This document shows, piece by piece, positions 11,245-22,814 of a DNA stretch of 32,000 bases. Source of the stretch: Candidatus Portiera aleyrodidarum (GTDB taxonomy: Bacteria > Pseudomonadota > Gammaproteobacteria > Johnevansiales > Johnevansiaceae); the NCBI RefSeq assembly GCF_000953295.1, contig NZ_LN649255.1, positions 120,001-152,000 on the forward strand. Direction: 5' to 3'. Numbering within the stretch: the first letter of the stretch is position 1; each line of letters begins with the position of its first letter. Under the pieces are notes generated by a model. The model was given only the letters and a program-made list of their open reading frames with translations. It had not been told where the DNA came from and did not search any database. The translations under genes and the position numbers were made by a program.

Positions 11245-14200
11245 TTACTTTAATTCTAAATCTCTAAATTCTTCTATACTTTCTTTTATATATTTTTTAT
11301 TTCTTCTACGACGTTCATTATGATAAGCTAAACCTGTTCCTGCTGGAATTAATCTGCCAACAACTACATTTTCTTTTAATCCTCTTAATTTATCATATCT
11401 ACCATTAACTGCTGCTTCTGTTAAAACACGGGTTGTTTCTTGAAAAGATGCTGCTGAAATAAATGATTCTGTTGCTAATGAAGCTTTTGTAATCCCCAAT
11501 AATATTCTTTCATATATAATTATTTTTTTTTTCAATTTATATAATTTTATATTTTCTTCTAAAACAGATACTAATTCTAGTTGATCTCCTTTAATAAAAT
11601 TACTATCTCCTGAATCTATAATTTTTACTTTCCGTAACATTTGTCTTACTATAACTTCAATATGTTTATCATTTATTCCAACACCTTGTAATCTATATAC
11701 TTCTTGTATTTCATTTATAATATACTTTGCTAATTTCTCTACTCCTAATAACCGTAAGATATCATGTGGATTACTTGGACCATCAGAAATTATTTCTCCT
11801 TTCTCTACTTTATCACCTTCAAAAACACTTATTTGACGGCCTTTGTTAATTAATATTTCTTTTTTTTCTTCATTTACTTCTGATTTTATTATTATTCTAC
11901 GTTTCCCTTTTGTTTCTTTCCCATATTTTATTATCCCTGCTATTTCTGCCATTATTGAATATTCTTTTGGTTTTCTTGCTTCAAATAAATCAGATACTCG
12001 TGGTAATCCACCTGTAATATCTTTATTTCCTAATGCTTCAACAGGAATTCTAGATATGACTTCACCAATACCGATTTTGCTCCCATTTTCTACTGAAATC
12101 AAAGCTTTTCCTGGTAAATTATATTGTACCGGGGTATTATTACCTGGTAAATATATATTCTTACCTTCTTTGTCTTGTAATATAATTCTTGGTCTTTTAT
12201 CTCTACCTGAGGCGGGTCTACTACCAATTTCTAATATTTCTATAGAAGATATTCCTGTCATTTCATCTACTGTCCTGTGCATGGTTAACCCTTCTTCTAA
12301 ATCAATAAACTTTATATATCCTGATAATTCTGAAATTATAGGATGTGTATGAGGATCCCAATTAGCTATGATTGTACCTGAACTTACAAAGTTTCCTTCT
12401 ATTATATTTAACTCTGTGCCATAAGGTAATCTATAATACTCACGTTCTCTGCCTTTTTTATCAATAATATATATTGCACTGTAACGAGAAACGACAATTA
12501 ATTTTTTATCATTTCTTTCTACTGCTTTCATATTATGAAAGCGTACTCTCCCACCATACTTAACTTGAACACTATCTTTTATTAAAGTTCGGGACGCAGC
12601 CCCACCAATATGAAAAGTTCGCATAGTTAACTGAGTCCCAGGTTCGCCTATAGATTGAGCAGCTATTACACCTACTGATTCTCCAATATTTACTAAATTT
12701 CCTCTTGATAAATCTCTACCATAACACATTACACAAACTCCATATAAAGTTTCACAATTTATTATACTACGTACCTCAACCTCATCTATACCTAATCTAT
12801 ATATTTTATTACACCAATCTTCATCTAATAATGTACCAGCTTTTATTAATACTTTCCCTTTAAAATCTAAAATATTTTTTGCTAATATCCTACCTAATAT
12901 TTTTTCAGTTATTGATACAATTATATCCCCTCCTTCTATTTCTGAATACATTAATAATCCTTTTTCTGTATTACAATCTATTTCAGTAATTACTACATCT
13001 TGTGCAACATCAACTAACCTTCTAGTTAAATATCCTGAATTAGCTGTTTTTAAAGCTGTATCTGCTAAACCTTTTCTAGCTCCATGAGTTGATATGAAAT
13101 ATTGTAATACATTTAATCCTTCCCGAAAATTTGCTGTAATTGGGGTTTCAATAATTGAACCATCTGGTTTTGTCATCAATCCACGCATTCCCGCTAATTG
13201 TCTAATTTGCGCGGCACTTCCTCGCGCCCCTGAATCTGCCATAATAAATACACTATTAAAAGATTCTTTTTCAATTTTTTTACCTAATTTATCTAATACT
13301 ACATCTTTTGATATCACCGTCATCATAGCTTTCGCAACTTTATCATTAGCTTTTGACCAAATATCTATAACTTTATTATATTTTTCTCCTAATGTTACAA
13401 ATCCATAAATATATTGATTACCTATTTCTTTTACTTCTTTTTCTGCTTTATTTATTATATCTTCTTTTGAACTAGGTATAACAAAATCATTAACACCAAT
13501 AGAAGCACCTGACCAAGTTGCTAAGTTTAAACCTGTATACATAAGTTTATCTGCTAAGTCTACAGCTTCTTTTAATCCAAGATTTCTATAAACTAAATTT
13601 ATTAATTTAGATATTACTTTTTTTTTCATAGGTCTATTTATTAATTCAAAACTCATTCCTTTTGGTAACATCTTATATAATATAGCACGACCTACTGTAG
13701 TACTATGTATTGATGTCTGTTTTATTAATTTTTCTTTTTCATCTTTTATCCAATCTGTTAACCTTACTTTAATACGAGCATGCAAATCAACTTTTTTATT
13801 ACTAAAAGCCAATTCTACTTCACTTATATTAGAAAATATCATCCCTTCACCTTTTACATTACATTTGTCCCTTGTCATATAATATAAACCTAATACTACA
13901 TCTTGTGAAGGCACAATTATTGGTTCACCACTTGCAGGTGATAATAAGTTATTTGTTGACATCATTAATTTTTTAGCTTCTAATTGGGATTCTAAGGTCA
14001 ATGGAACATGAACTGCCATTTGATCTCCATCAAAATCCGCATTATATGCCGCACAAACTAATGGATGTAATTGTATAGCTTTACCTTCTATCAAAATAGG
14101 TTCAAATGCTTGTATACCTAATCTATGTAATGTTGGTGCTCTGTTTAACAAGACTGGATGTTCACAAATTACATCTGCTAATATATCCCATACTTCTGTC

Positions 14201-15414
14201 ACTTCTTTTTCAACCATTTTTTTTGCTGCTTTTATTGTTGCTGCATGTCCATTTCTTTGCAACTTTGAATATATAAAAGGTTTAAATAATTCAATCGCCA
14301 TTTTTTTAGGTAACCCACATTGATTTAATCTTAAATTCGGACCTACTGTTATTACAGATCTACCTGAATAATCTACACGTTTTCCTAATAAATTTTGACG
14401 AAACCTACCTTGTTTCCCTTTAATCATATCCGCTAATGATTTTAACGGTCTCTTATTTGAACCAATAATTGCTCTTCCCCTTCTTCCATTATCTAATAAT
14501 GCATCGACGGCTTCTTGTAACATTCTCTTTTCATTACGTACAATTATTTCTGGAGCTTTTAATTCTATTAATCTTTTTAATCTATTATTACGATTTATAA
14601 CACGTCTATATAAATCATTTAAATCTGATGTTGCAAATCTTCCTCCATCTAATGGTACGAGAGGTCTTAAATCTGGAGGTAAGATAGGTAAAACATTTAA
14701 AATCATCCAACTAGGTTTATTTCCTGAATTATTAAAAGATTCTATTAATTTTAACCGTTTAGATAATCTTTTCATTTTATTTTCTGAACTAATTTCTTTT
14801 ATTTCTTTTCTTAATTTTTTTATTTCTTCTTCTAAATCTAGATCTTCTAATAATTTTTTTATAGCCTCTGCTCCCATTATTGCATTAAACTCATCACCAT
14901 ATTCTTCTATTGATTCAAAATATTTTTCTTCATTTAATAATTGTCCTTTCTTAAGCTTAGTCATTCCAGGCTCTATCACTACAAATGCTTCAAAATATAA
15001 AATTCTTTCTATATCTCTTAAGGTCATATCTAATAACATGCCTATACGACTTGGTAATGATTTTAAGAACCAGATATGTGCTACAGGAGATGCTAACTCT
15101 ATATGACTCATCCTTTCTCTACGAACTGAGGTTTTTGTAACTTCTACACCACACTTTTCACATATTATTCCCCTATGTTTCATTCTTTTATATTTACCAC
15201 AAATACATTCATAATCTTTTATAGGTCCAAAAATTTTAGCACAAAATAAACCATCTCTTTCTGGTTTTAAGGTCCGATAATTAATCGTTTCAGGTTTTTT
15301 GACCTCACCATATGACCAAGATCTTATCATTTCAGGAGAAGCTAATGAAATTTTTATTGCATCAAACTCTTCATAATACGTTTTAGATTTAATTTTTTTT
15401 ACCAAATACTTCAT
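11245..15414 (-). CDS. rpoC: DNA-directed RNA polymerase subunit beta-prime
   Basis: 1389-aa ORF. N-terminal Zn-finger CICGKYK...CEKCGVEV and catalytic NADFDGDQM. Confidence 0.99.
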   Translation of the reverse strand: MKYLVKKIKSKTYYEEFDAIKISLASPEMIRSWSYGEVKKPETINYRTLKPERDGLFCAKIFGPIKDYECICGKYKRMKHRGIICEKCGVEVTKTSVRRERMSHIELASPVAHIWFLKSLPSRIGMLLDMTLRDIERILYFEAFVVIEPGMTKLKKGQLLNEEKYFESIEEYGDEFNAIMGAEAIKKLLEDLDLEEEIKKLRKEIKEISSENKMKRLSKRLKLIESFNNSGNKPSWMILNVLPILPPDLRPLVPLDGGRFATSDLNDLYRRVINRNNRLKRLIELKAPEIIVRNEKRMLQEAVDALLDNGRRGRAIIGSNKRPLKSLADMIKGKQGRFRQNLLGKRVDYSGRSVITVGPNLRLNQCGLPKKMAIELFKPFIYSKLQRNGHAATIKAAKKMVEKEVTEVWDILADVICEHPVLLNRAPTLHRLGIQAFEPILIEGKAIQLHPLVCAAYNADFDGDQMAVHVPLTLESQLEAKKLMMSTNNLLSPASGEPIIVPSQDVVLGLYYMTRDKCNVKGEGMIFSNISEVELAFSNKKVDLHARIKVRLTDWIKDEKEKLIKQTSIHSTTVGRAILYKMLPKGMSFELINRPMKKKVISKLINLVYRNLGLKEAVDLADKLMYTGLNLATWSGASIGVNDFVIPSSKEDIINKAEKEVKEIGNQYIYGFVTLGEKYNKVIDIWSKANDKVAKAMMTVISKDVVLDKLGKKIEKESFNSVFIMADSGARGSAAQIRQLAGMRGLMTKPDGSIIETPITANFREGLNVLQYFISTHGARKGLADTALKTANSGYLTRRLVDVAQDVVITEIDCNTEKGLLMYSEIEGGDIIVSITEKILGRILAKNILDFKGKVLIKAGTLLDEDWCNKIYRLGIDEVEVRSIINCETLYGVCVMCYGRDLSRGNLVNIGESVGVIAAQSIGEPGTQLTMRTFHIGGAASRTLIKDSVQVKYGGRVRFHNMKAVERNDKKLIVVSRYSAIYIIDKKGREREYYRLPYGTELNIIEGNFVSSGTIIANWDPHTHPIISELSGYIKFIDLEEGLTMHRTVDEMTGISSIEILEIGSRPASGRDKRPRIILQDKEGKNIYLPGNNTPVQYNLPGKALISVENGSKIGIGEVISRIPVEALGNKDITGGLPRVSDLFEARKPKEYSIMAEIAGIIKYGKETKGKRRIIIKSEVNEEKKEILINKGRQISVFEGDKVEKGEIISDGPSNPHDILRLLGVEKLAKYIINEIQEVYRLQGVGINDKHIEVIVRQMLRKVKIIDSGDSNFIKGDQLELVSVLEENIKLYKLKKKIIIYERILLGITKASLATESFISAASFQETTRVLTEAAVNGRYDKLRGLKENVVVGRLIPAGTGLAYHNERRRRNKKYIKESIEEFRDLELK

Positions 15415-15451
15415 AAGTTTGTACCTAACTAAATCATAATTATTATTTTTC

Positions 15452-18400
15452 TCATTCCATTTCTACATCTATACCTAATGATCTAATTTCTTTTACTAAT
15501 ACGTTAAATGATTCAGGCATACCGGCCTGCATAGTATAATCTCCATCTACAATACTTTTATAGATTTTTGTACGCCCTCCTACATCATCTGATTTAACGG
15601 TTAACATTTCTTGTAATGTATAAGCTGCTCCATAAGCTTCTAAAGCCCATACTTCCATTTCCCCAACTCTTTGTCCTCCAAATTGAGCTTTTCCACCCAA
15701 AGGTTGTTGAGTTACTAATGAATATGATCCAGTTGAACGCGCATGCATTTTATCATCCACTAAATGATTTAATTTTAACATATACATATAACCTACTGTT
15801 ACTTCTCTATCAAATTTTTCTCCTGTCCGTCCATCAAATAATCTTAATTGTCCTGATTCTGGTACTCCTGCCATTTTTAATAACCCTTTTATTTCTTTTT
15901 CTGTTGCGCCGTCAAAAACTGGGGATGCAATAGGCACTCCTTTTGATAAAATTTTAGCTAAATTTCTTAGTTCATTATCAGTTAAAATATCTATTTTTTC
16001 TTTACACCCTCCTGTTTTATTATAAATTTTATCTATTAATTTCCTTATTTCTTTTGGTTTACTAATATTTTTTAACAGTTTCTCAAGTTCTAAACCTAAA
16101 CAATGAGCTGCCATTCCCAAATGTGTTTCTAATATTTGTCCAACATTCATTCGAGAAGGAACACCCAAAGGGTTCAGCACAATATCTACTGGTTCACCTT
16201 TTTCATCAAAAGGCATATCTTCTACAGGTTTTATAGCTGATATTACTCCTTTATTACCATGACGACCTGCCATTTTATCACCAGTTTGGATTTTTCTTTT
16301 TATAGCTAAAAAAACTTTTACAATTTTTAAAATTCCTGGCGCTAAATCATCACATTGAATTAATTTTCGTTTTTTTTCTATAAAATACCTTTCCATTTCT
16401 TCGTGTAGTTTTTCTATTTGATCTTTAGTTTTTTTTATTTTTTTATTTAAATTCTCATCTTTCATTTTTAATTTATACCATTTGATATAATTTAATTTTT
16501 TTAAATATTCCTCATCGACTATCTCACCTTTTTTTATATTTGGACCTTTAAAAGCTTCTTTACCTTTTATTGCTAATTTTAATCTTTTTATTGTTGCTTC
16601 TTCTGTTATACAAAAAGCTTCTTTTAAATCTTTACTTATTTCTTCTATTTTTCTTTTTTCTATTTCTCTTGCTCTTAAATCTTTTTTTATTCCATCTCTT
16701 GTAAAAATTTGTACATCTATTACCGTTCCTACAGTTCCTGAATTTGCACGTAAAGATGTGTCTTTTACATCTGACGCTTTATCACCAAATATAGCACGTA
16801 ATAATTTTTCTTCGGGGGTTAATTTATTTTCACCTTTAGGTGTTACTTTACCTACTATAATATCTCCTGCTTTAATTTCAGCTCCTATATAAACTATCCC
16901 TGATTCATCTAATTTACTTAAAGCAGATTCACTAACGTTTGGTATATCTGATGTAATTTCTTCTGGACCTAATTTTGTATCACGAGATATACAATTTAAT
17001 TCTTGTATATGAATAGTAGTAAATCTATCTTCTTTTACTACTCTTTCTGAAATTATAATAGAATCTTCATAATTATAACCATTCCAAGGCATAAACGCTA
17101 TTCTCATATTTTGTCCTAACGCTAAGTCGCCTGTCTCTACTGCTGTGCCATCAGCTAAAATATCTCCTACTTTTATTTTATCTCCTTCATTTACTATTGT
17201 TCTTTGATTTTGACATGTATTTTGATTAGAACGCATATATTTTTTTAAGTTATATATATCTACACAAATTTCATTTTCTTTTATTTCTTTTTCATTTACA
17301 CGAATAACAATTCTTTTTGCATCTACAAATTCTACAATCCCACTACGTTTAGCCAATATACATACCCCAGAATCTTTAGCTACTACCTTTTCCATACCGG
17401 TACCTATTAAAGGTTTTTCTGATCTTAATGTTGGAACTGCCTGTCTTTGCATATTTGAACCCATTAAAGCCCTGTTAGCATCGTCATGTTCTAGAAAAGG
17501 AATTAAAGCAGCAGCTACTGAAACTATTTGACACGGTGAAACATCCATTAAATTTACTTGAGTTGATTGCATAAAAGTTGTTTCACCTTTATTTCTTACT
17601 TGTACTAAATCATCTATTAATTCTTTATTTTTATTAACTTTTGCAGAAGCTTGTGCAATTACATAATCTGATTCTTCTATTGCAGATAAATGGATTACTT
17701 CTTTTGTAACTTTATTTTTTACTACTCTTCTGTAAGGAGTTTCTAAAAAACCATATTTATTTATTTTACTATATGTCGCTAAAGAATTTATTAAACCTAT
17801 ATTTGGTCCTTCAGGAGTTTCGATAGGACATAATCTTCCATAATGAGTTGAATGAACATCCCGAACTTCAAATCCAGCTCTATCTCTTGTTAAACCCCCT
17901 GGTCCTAAAGCTGATATTCTTCTTTTGTGGGTTATTTCAGCCAACGGGTTATTTTGATCCATAAATTGTGATAATTGACTTGAAATGAAAAATTCTTTCA
18001 TAGAGGCAGTAATAGGTTTTGCATTTATTAAATCTTTAGGCATTATTTTTACATCTGTTTCTGTTAAAAATAACCTTTCTCGTATTGATTTTTCTACACG
18101 TAATAAGCCTGCTTTTAAATTATTTTCTGCCATTTCTCCAACACTACGAACTCTTCTATTGCCTAAATGATCTATATCATCTATTACACCAAACCCATTT
18201 CTAATTTTTATTAATTCTTTAATTACATCTATTATATCATTAGCATTTAATATCCCACTACCTTTATTTTTTAATCTATTTAATCTTCTATTAAATTTCA
18301 TTCTTCCTACTTCTGAAAGATCATAACGTTCAAGAGATAAAAATAAACTTTTAAATATTAATTCTGCTGTATCTTTATTTGGCGGTTCTCCAGGTCTCAT

Positions 18401-19531
18401 TATACTAGAGATTTCCAATATTGCTTCCATTTGTGAATTTGTTGTATCTATTTTTAATGTATCTGATATAAAAGAACCAGTATCTAAATGATTTATATAT
18501 AATGTTTTTATTTTTTTTATCTTATGTTTAAATAATTTATTTAAAAGTTCTAAACTTATTTTATTATTACTATTACATATATTTTCTTTTGTATTTTTAT
18601 TAACCTGTTTATTAACTAATACTTTTCCTAATAAATATTCTAGTGGGACTTTTAATTTTTTTATATTTAATTCTTTTAATTTTAAAATTTTTTTCTGAGT
18701 TATTCTACATCCTTCTTCTATTATAACTTTATTTAATATAGGATCTCTTATATTCAAACTTGCTATTTCTCCTCTTAATTTAGAAGGATTAAAATCTTCC
18801 CAATAAATATTATTTTTATCTTTAATATTAAAAGTATTAATTTCAAAAAAACTTTTTAATATTTTTTCATTATTTAAACCTAATGCACGTAATAAGACAG
18901 TGACAGGAATTTTCTTTCTTCTATCTATTCTAACATAGATATTATCACGTTGATCAAATTCAAAATCTAACCAAGAACCACGAGAAGGTATTATTCTTGC
19001 TGTTGCTATTAATTTTCCTATCGAATTACTTTTATTTTGATCATAATCAAAAAATAAGCCTGGGCTTCGATGCAATTGAGAAACTACTACCCGTTCTGTG
19101 CCATTTATCACAAATGTCCCATTTTTAGTCATTAATGGTATATCACCCATATATACTTCTTGTTCTTTTATATATTTTATAATTCTTTTTTTTTCAAATT
19201 CATCAAAAATTACTAACCTCATTTTTACTCGTAAATTTGTAGAATATGTCATTCCTCGTATCTGACACTCTTTTACATCAAATAATGGCTTCATTAATTT
19301 ATAATCTAAATATTCTAATATAGATTTTCCAGATAAACTTTTTATAGGAAATATTGAATTTAATGCGGCATTTATTCCTATATTTTTCTTTTTTTCACTT
19401 TTTTTTTCATTTTGTAAAAATTTTTTATATGATTCAATCTGAATTTCTAACAAGTACGGTACATCAACAAGATGAGGGATTTTACCAAAATTTTTACGAA
19501 TACATTTTTTCTCAGTATATGAATAAACCAT
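15452..19531 (-). CDS. rpoB: DNA-directed RNA polymerase subunit beta
   Basis: 1359-aa [33 protein letters not shown] and C-terminal [25 protein letters not shown] upstream. Confidence 0.99.
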   Translation of the reverse strand: MVYSYTEKKCIRKNFGKIPHLVDVPYLLEIQIESYKKFLQNEKKSEKKKNIGINAALNSIFPIKSLSGKSILEYLDYKLMKPLFDVKECQIRGMTYSTNLRVKMRLVIFDEFEKKRIIKYIKEQEVYMGDIPLMTKNGTFVINGTERVVVSQLHRSPGLFFDYDQNKSNSIGKLIATARIIPSRGSWLDFEFDQRDNIYVRIDRRKKIPVTVLLRALGLNNEKILKSFFEINTFNIKDKNNIYWEDFNPSKLRGEIASLNIRDPILNKVIIEEGCRITQKKILKLKELNIKKLKVPLEYLLGKVLVNKQVNKNTKENICNSNNKISLELLNKLFKHKIKKIKTLYINHLDTGSFISDTLKIDTTNSQMEAILEISSIMRPGEPPNKDTAELIFKSLFLSLERYDLSEVGRMKFNRRLNRLKNKGSGILNANDIIDVIKELIKIRNGFGVIDDIDHLGNRRVRSVGEMAENNLKAGLLRVEKSIRERLFLTETDVKIMPKDLINAKPITASMKEFFISSQLSQFMDQNNPLAEITHKRRISALGPGGLTRDRAGFEVRDVHSTHYGRLCPIETPEGPNIGLINSLATYSKINKYGFLETPYRRVVKNKVTKEVIHLSAIEESDYVIAQASAKVNKNKELIDDLVQVRNKGETTFMQSTQVNLMDVSPCQIVSVAAALIPFLEHDDANRALMGSNMQRQAVPTLRSEKPLIGTGMEKVVAKDSGVCILAKRSGIVEFVDAKRIVIRVNEKEIKENEICVDIYNLKKYMRSNQNTCQNQRTIVNEGDKIKVGDILADGTAVETGDLALGQNMRIAFMPWNGYNYEDSIIISERVVKEDRFTTIHIQELNCISRDTKLGPEEITSDIPNVSESALSKLDESGIVYIGAEIKAGDIIVGKVTPKGENKLTPEEKLLRAIFGDKASDVKDTSLRANSGTVGTVIDVQIFTRDGIKKDLRAREIEKRKIEEISKDLKEAFCITEEATIKRLKLAIKGKEAFKGPNIKKGEIVDEEYLKKLNYIKWYKLKMKDENLNKKIKKTKDQIEKLHEEMERYFIEKKRKLIQCDDLAPGILKIVKVFLAIKRKIQTGDKMAGRHGNKGVISAIKPVEDMPFDEKGEPVDIVLNPLGVPSRMNVGQILETHLGMAAHCLGLELEKLLKNISKPKEIRKLIDKIYNKTGGCKEKIDILTDNELRNLAKILSKGVPIASPVFDGATEKEIKGLLKMAGVPESGQLRLFDGRTGEKFDREVTVGYMYMLKLNHLVDDKMHARSTGSYSLVTQQPLGGKAQFGGQRVGEMEVWALEAYGAAYTLQEMLTVKSDDVGGRTKIYKSIVDGDYTMQAGMPESFNVLVKEIRSLGIDVEME

Positions 19532-19573
19532 TTATATTACACTCCTCAACTTCAATTATTTTTTTTTACTTAT

Positions 19574-19945
19574 TTACTTTATTTCTACTTTTGCACCAAC
19601 CTTTTCTAATTTTTTTTTTATATTTTCTGCTTCTTCTTTTGATATTGCTTCTTTTATTTTAACTGGTGCACTTTCTACTTTAATTTTAGCTTCTTTTAAA
19701 CCTAATCCTGTTATTTCACGTACAATTTTTATTACACCAATTTTTTTATCCCCTATTGATTTTAATATCAAATCAAATTCTATTTTTTCTTCTTTCTTTT
19801 CTTCTTTCATTTCATTTTTATTGCTTATATTATTAAAAAAATATTCTTTTTTTATATCAAATCTTTTTTCCATTTCGGACACTAATTCAATTATTTCAAC
19901 TACATTCATTTTGGAGAGTATATTAATTATTTCTTCTTTATTCAT
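19574..19945 (-). CDS. rplL: 50S ribosomal protein L7/L12
   Basis: 123-aa ORF. C-terminal domain [52 protein letters not shown]. Confidence 0.97.
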   Translation of the reverse strand: MNKEEIINILSKMNVVEIIELVSEMEKRFDIKKEYFFNNISNKNEMKEEKKEEKIEFDLILKSIGDKKIGVIKIVREITGLGLKEAKIKVESAPVKIKEAISKEEAENIKKKLEKVGAKVEIK

Positions 19946-19960
19946 TTTTAGAATTCCTTT

Positions 19961-20470
19961 TTATAATTCCTTTTTATAACTACAAATATTTTTTTTATTT
20001 ATTAAAAACATTAGTATATATATTAATTTTCCAATAGTTATTAACTTAAGCATATTAACTATATTAAAGAATATTATTTTTTTCTTAGGCATATTTGCAA
20101 TAACTTTTATTTTATTTTTTTCAACTACTTTACCGTTATATACAATTACTTTAATTTTTTCTTCTTTTAATTTTGTTTTATTCCATAAATCTACACTATT
20201 TTTTAAATTTTTTTTAGAATAAAAAATCATTAACTGACCGTTAATATAAGATTTTAAAAATTCATATTTTGTTCCTTTTATTGCTTTTATAAATAATTTA
20301 TTTCTTATAACATATAAATTCACATATAATTTTTTTCCTTTTATATGTAATTCATTCATAATATTTGAATTAATATTTTTATAATTTACTATTATAAGTG
20401 ATCTTGATTCTCTTATATTTTTATTTATTTTTTTTACTATTATTTCTTTTTTTTTCAAATTTTTTTTCAA
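19961..20470 (-). CDS. rplJ: 50S ribosomal protein L10 (highly diverged)
   Basis: 169 codons between rplA and rplL. Residual L10 similarity (SLIIVNYKNINSNIMNELHIKGKK...YVIRNKL). The start codon is TTG (plus caa at 20468-20470), with AGGAG 8 nt upstream overlapping the rplA stop. Confidence 0.85.
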   Translation of the reverse strand: MKKNLKKKEIIVKKINKNIRESRSLIIVNYKNINSNIMNELHIKGKKLYVNLYVIRNKLFIKAIKGTKYEFLKSYINGQLMIFYSKKNLKNSVDLWNKTKLKEEKIKVIVYNGKVVEKNKIKVIANMPKKKIIFFNIVNMLKLITIGKLIYILMFLINKKNICSYKKEL

Positions 20471-20481
20471 AACTTTTACTC

Positions 20482-21168
20482 CTAATTTGATTTTTTTATA
20501 ACTAGTTCTTTATTATCTACGATTAAACTTGGCCCCATTGTTGAAGATATATATATTTTTTTTATATATGAACCTTTAACTTTTCCTTGTTTTTTATTTA
20601 ATAAATCTTTAATTAAAACATAAAAATTTTCTTTTATTTGTTTTATAGAAAAATTTATTTTTCCTATACCTATATTTAGTATACCATTTTTATCTGTACA
20701 ATAATTTATTTTTCCTTCTTTTATTTCTTTTACTTTTTTAAATATATCTTTTGTAATACTTTCTTTTTTAAGTTTTATACCTTTTGATTTTAATATCTTT
20801 TTTATTTTTTTTAATTTTTCAAAACTTTCTGGGTCACATAAAATTACATTAAATTTTATTTCTTTTTTTTTTATATTTTCTATTAATGCATTTATTCCTA
20901 TTATATATACACCTAATTCTAAGAATTTTTTTTTTTCATTCAAATCACAATTATTTAAAACAACAATTATTTTTTTATCTAAACTAGATGGTAATTTTAT
21001 ATTATTTTTTTTTAAATTTTTTCCTAATTTTATTACTAAATCTATTGTCTCACAAAATTTTACGAAAGTAACTTTTTTTAATATTTCTATAGCTTCTACT
21101 AAGCTATATTTTTTATTTGTTTCTATAATCTTATTTATTAAAACTTTTCTTTTTGAAATATATCTCAT
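20482..21168 (-). CDS. rplA: 50S ribosomal protein L1 (highly diverged)
   Basis: 228-aa ORF. Retains the N-terminal [12 protein letters not shown] block, [12 protein letters not shown] and C-terminal [18 protein letters not shown] overlap with the rplK stop. Confidence 0.88.
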   Translation of the reverse strand: MRYISKRKVLINKIIETNKKYSLVEAIEILKKVTFVKFCETIDLVIKLGKNLKKNNIKLPSSLDKKIIVVLNNCDLNEKKKFLELGVYIIGINALIENIKKKEIKFNVILCDPESFEKLKKIKKILKSKGIKLKKESITKDIFKKVKEIKEGKINYCTDKNGILNIGIGKINFSIKQIKENFYVLIKDLLNKKQGKVKGSYIKKIYISSTMGPSLIVDNKELVIKKSN

Positions 21169-21614
21169 ATATTTTTTTCTTCCTCTTTTATATCTATCCC
21201 CATACTTTTTGCTGTACCAATTATACTTTTTATTGCTGATTTTATTTCAATTATATTCATATCTTTTTTTTTAATTTTTGCAATTTCTTTTATTTGTTTT
21301 TTTGTTATTATTCCTACTTTTTTTTTCTTATTTTCATTAGACCCTTTATTTATACCTATAATTTTTTTTAATAAACTAGATACTGGAGGGTTTTTTATAA
21401 TAAATGTAAAACTACGATCTGAATATATACTTATTATTACTGGGATAGGCATACCTTTTTCTATATTTTTTGTTTCTAAATTAAAACTTTTACAAAACTC
21501 CATTATATTTATTCCTTGTTGTCCTAATATTGGTCCAATAGGAGGACTAGGATTTGCTTTTCCTGCTTCAACTTGTAATTTTACTATATTTATTATTTTT
21601 TTTTTCTCACTCAT
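21165..21614 (-). CDS. rplK: 50S ribosomal protein L11
   Basis: 149-aa ORF with [35 protein letters not shown]. The ATG at 21614 is the third of three repeated SD-ATG units. Confidence 0.97.
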   Translation of the reverse strand: MSEKKKIINIVKLQVEAGKANPSPPIGPILGQQGINIMEFCKSFNLETKNIEKGMPIPVIISIYSDRSFTFIIKNPPVSSLLKKIIGINKGSNENKKKKVGIITKKQIKEIAKIKKKDMNIIEIKSAIKSIIGTAKSMGIDIKEEEKNI

Positions 21615-21662
21615 TTAATTTTCCTTACTCATTTAATTTTCCTTACTCATTTAATTTTCCTT
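21609..21662. repeat. Perfect tandem repeat, 18 bp x 3 (plus strand actcatttaattttcctt)
   Basis: Read directly: identical copies at 21609-21626, 21627-21644 and 21645-21662. The minus-strand unit is AAGGAAAATTAAATGAGT. It spans the nusG stop and the rplK start. Confidence 0.97.
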
Positions 21663-22187
21663 AATTACTTTATGAAAATCTAATTCAACTGGAGTTGATC
21701 TCCCAAATATTAAAACACTAACTTGTATTTTTTTTTTTTCATAATTTATTTCTTCTATAATACCTGTAAAATCCGTGAAAGGTCCTTCTATTACTCTTAC
21801 TCTTTCTCCTAAATTAAAACTATTATTTTCAATACCTTTTTTTATATTTTTTAATATATTTATTAATTCATTTTTTTTTATAAATTCTGGTTTTATTGCG
21901 TTTGCTCCTATAAATCTAACTACTCTTTTTGTTTCATTTACTAAATTCCATGTTTTATCATTTAATTCCATTTCTATTAATATATATCCTGGATAATATT
22001 TACGTTCAATTTTACGAAGTTTACCTGAGATATTTTCAATTTTTTTATCTGAAGGCACTATCATTTTTCCAAAATATTTTTCTAACCTTGATAATTTTAT
22101 TCTATTTTTTAAATCTAAAATAACTTTTTTTTCAGAACCTGAATATATATGTATAACATATAATCTTTTTTTCAATTTTTTATCCAT
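21651..22187 (-). CDS. nusG: Transcription termination/antitermination factor NusG
   Basis: 178-aa ORF. NGN-like N-terminus (LYVIHIYSGSEKKV) and KOW region GERVRVIEGPFTDFTGIIEE...IFGRSTPVELDF. Between secE and rplK. Confidence 0.96.
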   Translation of the reverse strand: MDKKLKKRLYVIHIYSGSEKKVILDLKNRIKLSRLEKYFGKMIVPSDKKIENISGKLRKIERKYYPGYILIEMELNDKTWNLVNETKRVVRFIGANAIKPEFIKKNELINILKNIKKGIENNSFNLGERVRVIEGPFTDFTGIIEEINYEKKKIQVSVLIFGRSTPVELDFHKVIKEN

Positions 22188-22190
22188 TAA

Positions 22191-22559
22191 CTAGTTTTTA
22201 TTTATAATAATTGCTATTAACCCACTAATTAAAGTATCTAATATCCATATTAGTATACCTAATATAAATATAAAAAATACTACAATTAAAGTAGTTTTTA
22301 TTATTTCTTTTTTTTTTGGCCAAAATACAAATTTTATTTCTTTTTTTGCATTTTTTCCTAAAAATATTAATTCTTTCCCTTTTATAGTAATTAACATTAA
22401 ATATATACTAAAACTATATAAAAAGATTATACATATCTCAGATATTAATAAATATCTATATAAATATCTATTAGAGCTATTTATTAATATTGCAAATATA
22501 ATACTTATTATAGAAAAAAACCATTTTAAAAATTCAGATTTTATATTTTTTTTTATCAT
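22191..22559 (-). CDS. secE: Preprotein translocase subunit SecE
   Basis: The track ORF (to 22661) reads through tRNA-Trp. The true start is taken as ATG 22559 (MIKKNIKSEF...), giving 122 aa. Hydrophobic segments plus the conserved FWPKKKEIIKTTLIVV motif. Confidence 0.9.
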   Translation of the reverse strand: MIKKNIKSEFLKWFFSIISIIFAILINSSNRYLYRYLLISEICIIFLYSFSIYLMLITIKGKELIFLGKNAKKEIKFVFWPKKKEIIKTTLIVVFFIFILGILIWILDTLISGLIAIIINKN

Positions 22560-22570
22560 TTTTTTCTTCT

Positions 22571-22642
22571 CAGGCCAGGAGGGACTTGAACCCACAACCT
22601 GCGATTTTGGAGACCGCTGCTCACCCATTAAGCTACTGACCT
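22571..22642 (-). tRNA. tRNA-Trp (anticodon CCA)
   Basis: 72-nt cloverleaf folded by hand: AGGTCAG acceptor pairs with CTGGCCT, anticodon loop CTCCAAA, T-loop TTCAAGT. No encoded 3' CCA. Confidence 0.92.
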
Positions 22643-22654
22643 TTATTAAATTAA

Positions 22655-22726
22655 GACTCATGAACAGACTTGAACTGTCGACCTCACCTTTACCAAGGGT
22701 GCGCTCTTCCTCTGAGCTACATGAGC
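22655..22726 (-). tRNA. tRNA-Thr (anticodon GGT)
   Basis: 72 nt: GCTCATG acceptor, D-arm GCTC/GAGC, anticodon arm CACCC-TTGGTAA-AGGTG, T-loop TTCAAGT. Resembles E. coli tRNA-Thr(GGU). No encoded CCA. Confidence 0.9.
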
Positions 22727-22738
22727 AAAAAATATTTT

Positions 22739-22809
22739 AGCGAACAACGGGAATCGAACCCATATCATCAACTTGGAAGGCTAATGTTTTACCATTAAAC
22801 TATGTTCGC
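22739..22809 (-). tRNA. tRNA-Gly (anticodon TCC)
   Basis: 71 nt: GCGAACA acceptor pairs with TGTTCGC, anticodon loop CTTCCAA, T-arm ATGGG-TTCGATT-CCCGT. No encoded CCA. Confidence 0.92.
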
Positions 22810-22814
22810 TTTTT

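Noticed and set aside
17900-17990. Substitutions in rpoB rifampicin cluster I ([22 protein letters not shown] versus E. coli [22 protein letters not shown]).
   Set aside because: These are two conservative changes in an otherwise intact cluster. A phenotype cannot be inferred from sequence, and there is no reason to expect selection. Noted only.
21609-21662. The 18-bp x3 repeat as a possible CRISPR or mobile-element end.
   Set aside because: The copies are directly tandem with no spacers. No cas or transposase genes are present. The unit is simply the gene junction duplicated.
22560-22661. A 34-codon N-terminal extension of secE in the track ORF.
   Set aside because: It is a translation of the tRNA-Trp gene and the 3' end of tRNA-Thr. 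The internal ATG at 22559 gives a normal-length SecE.
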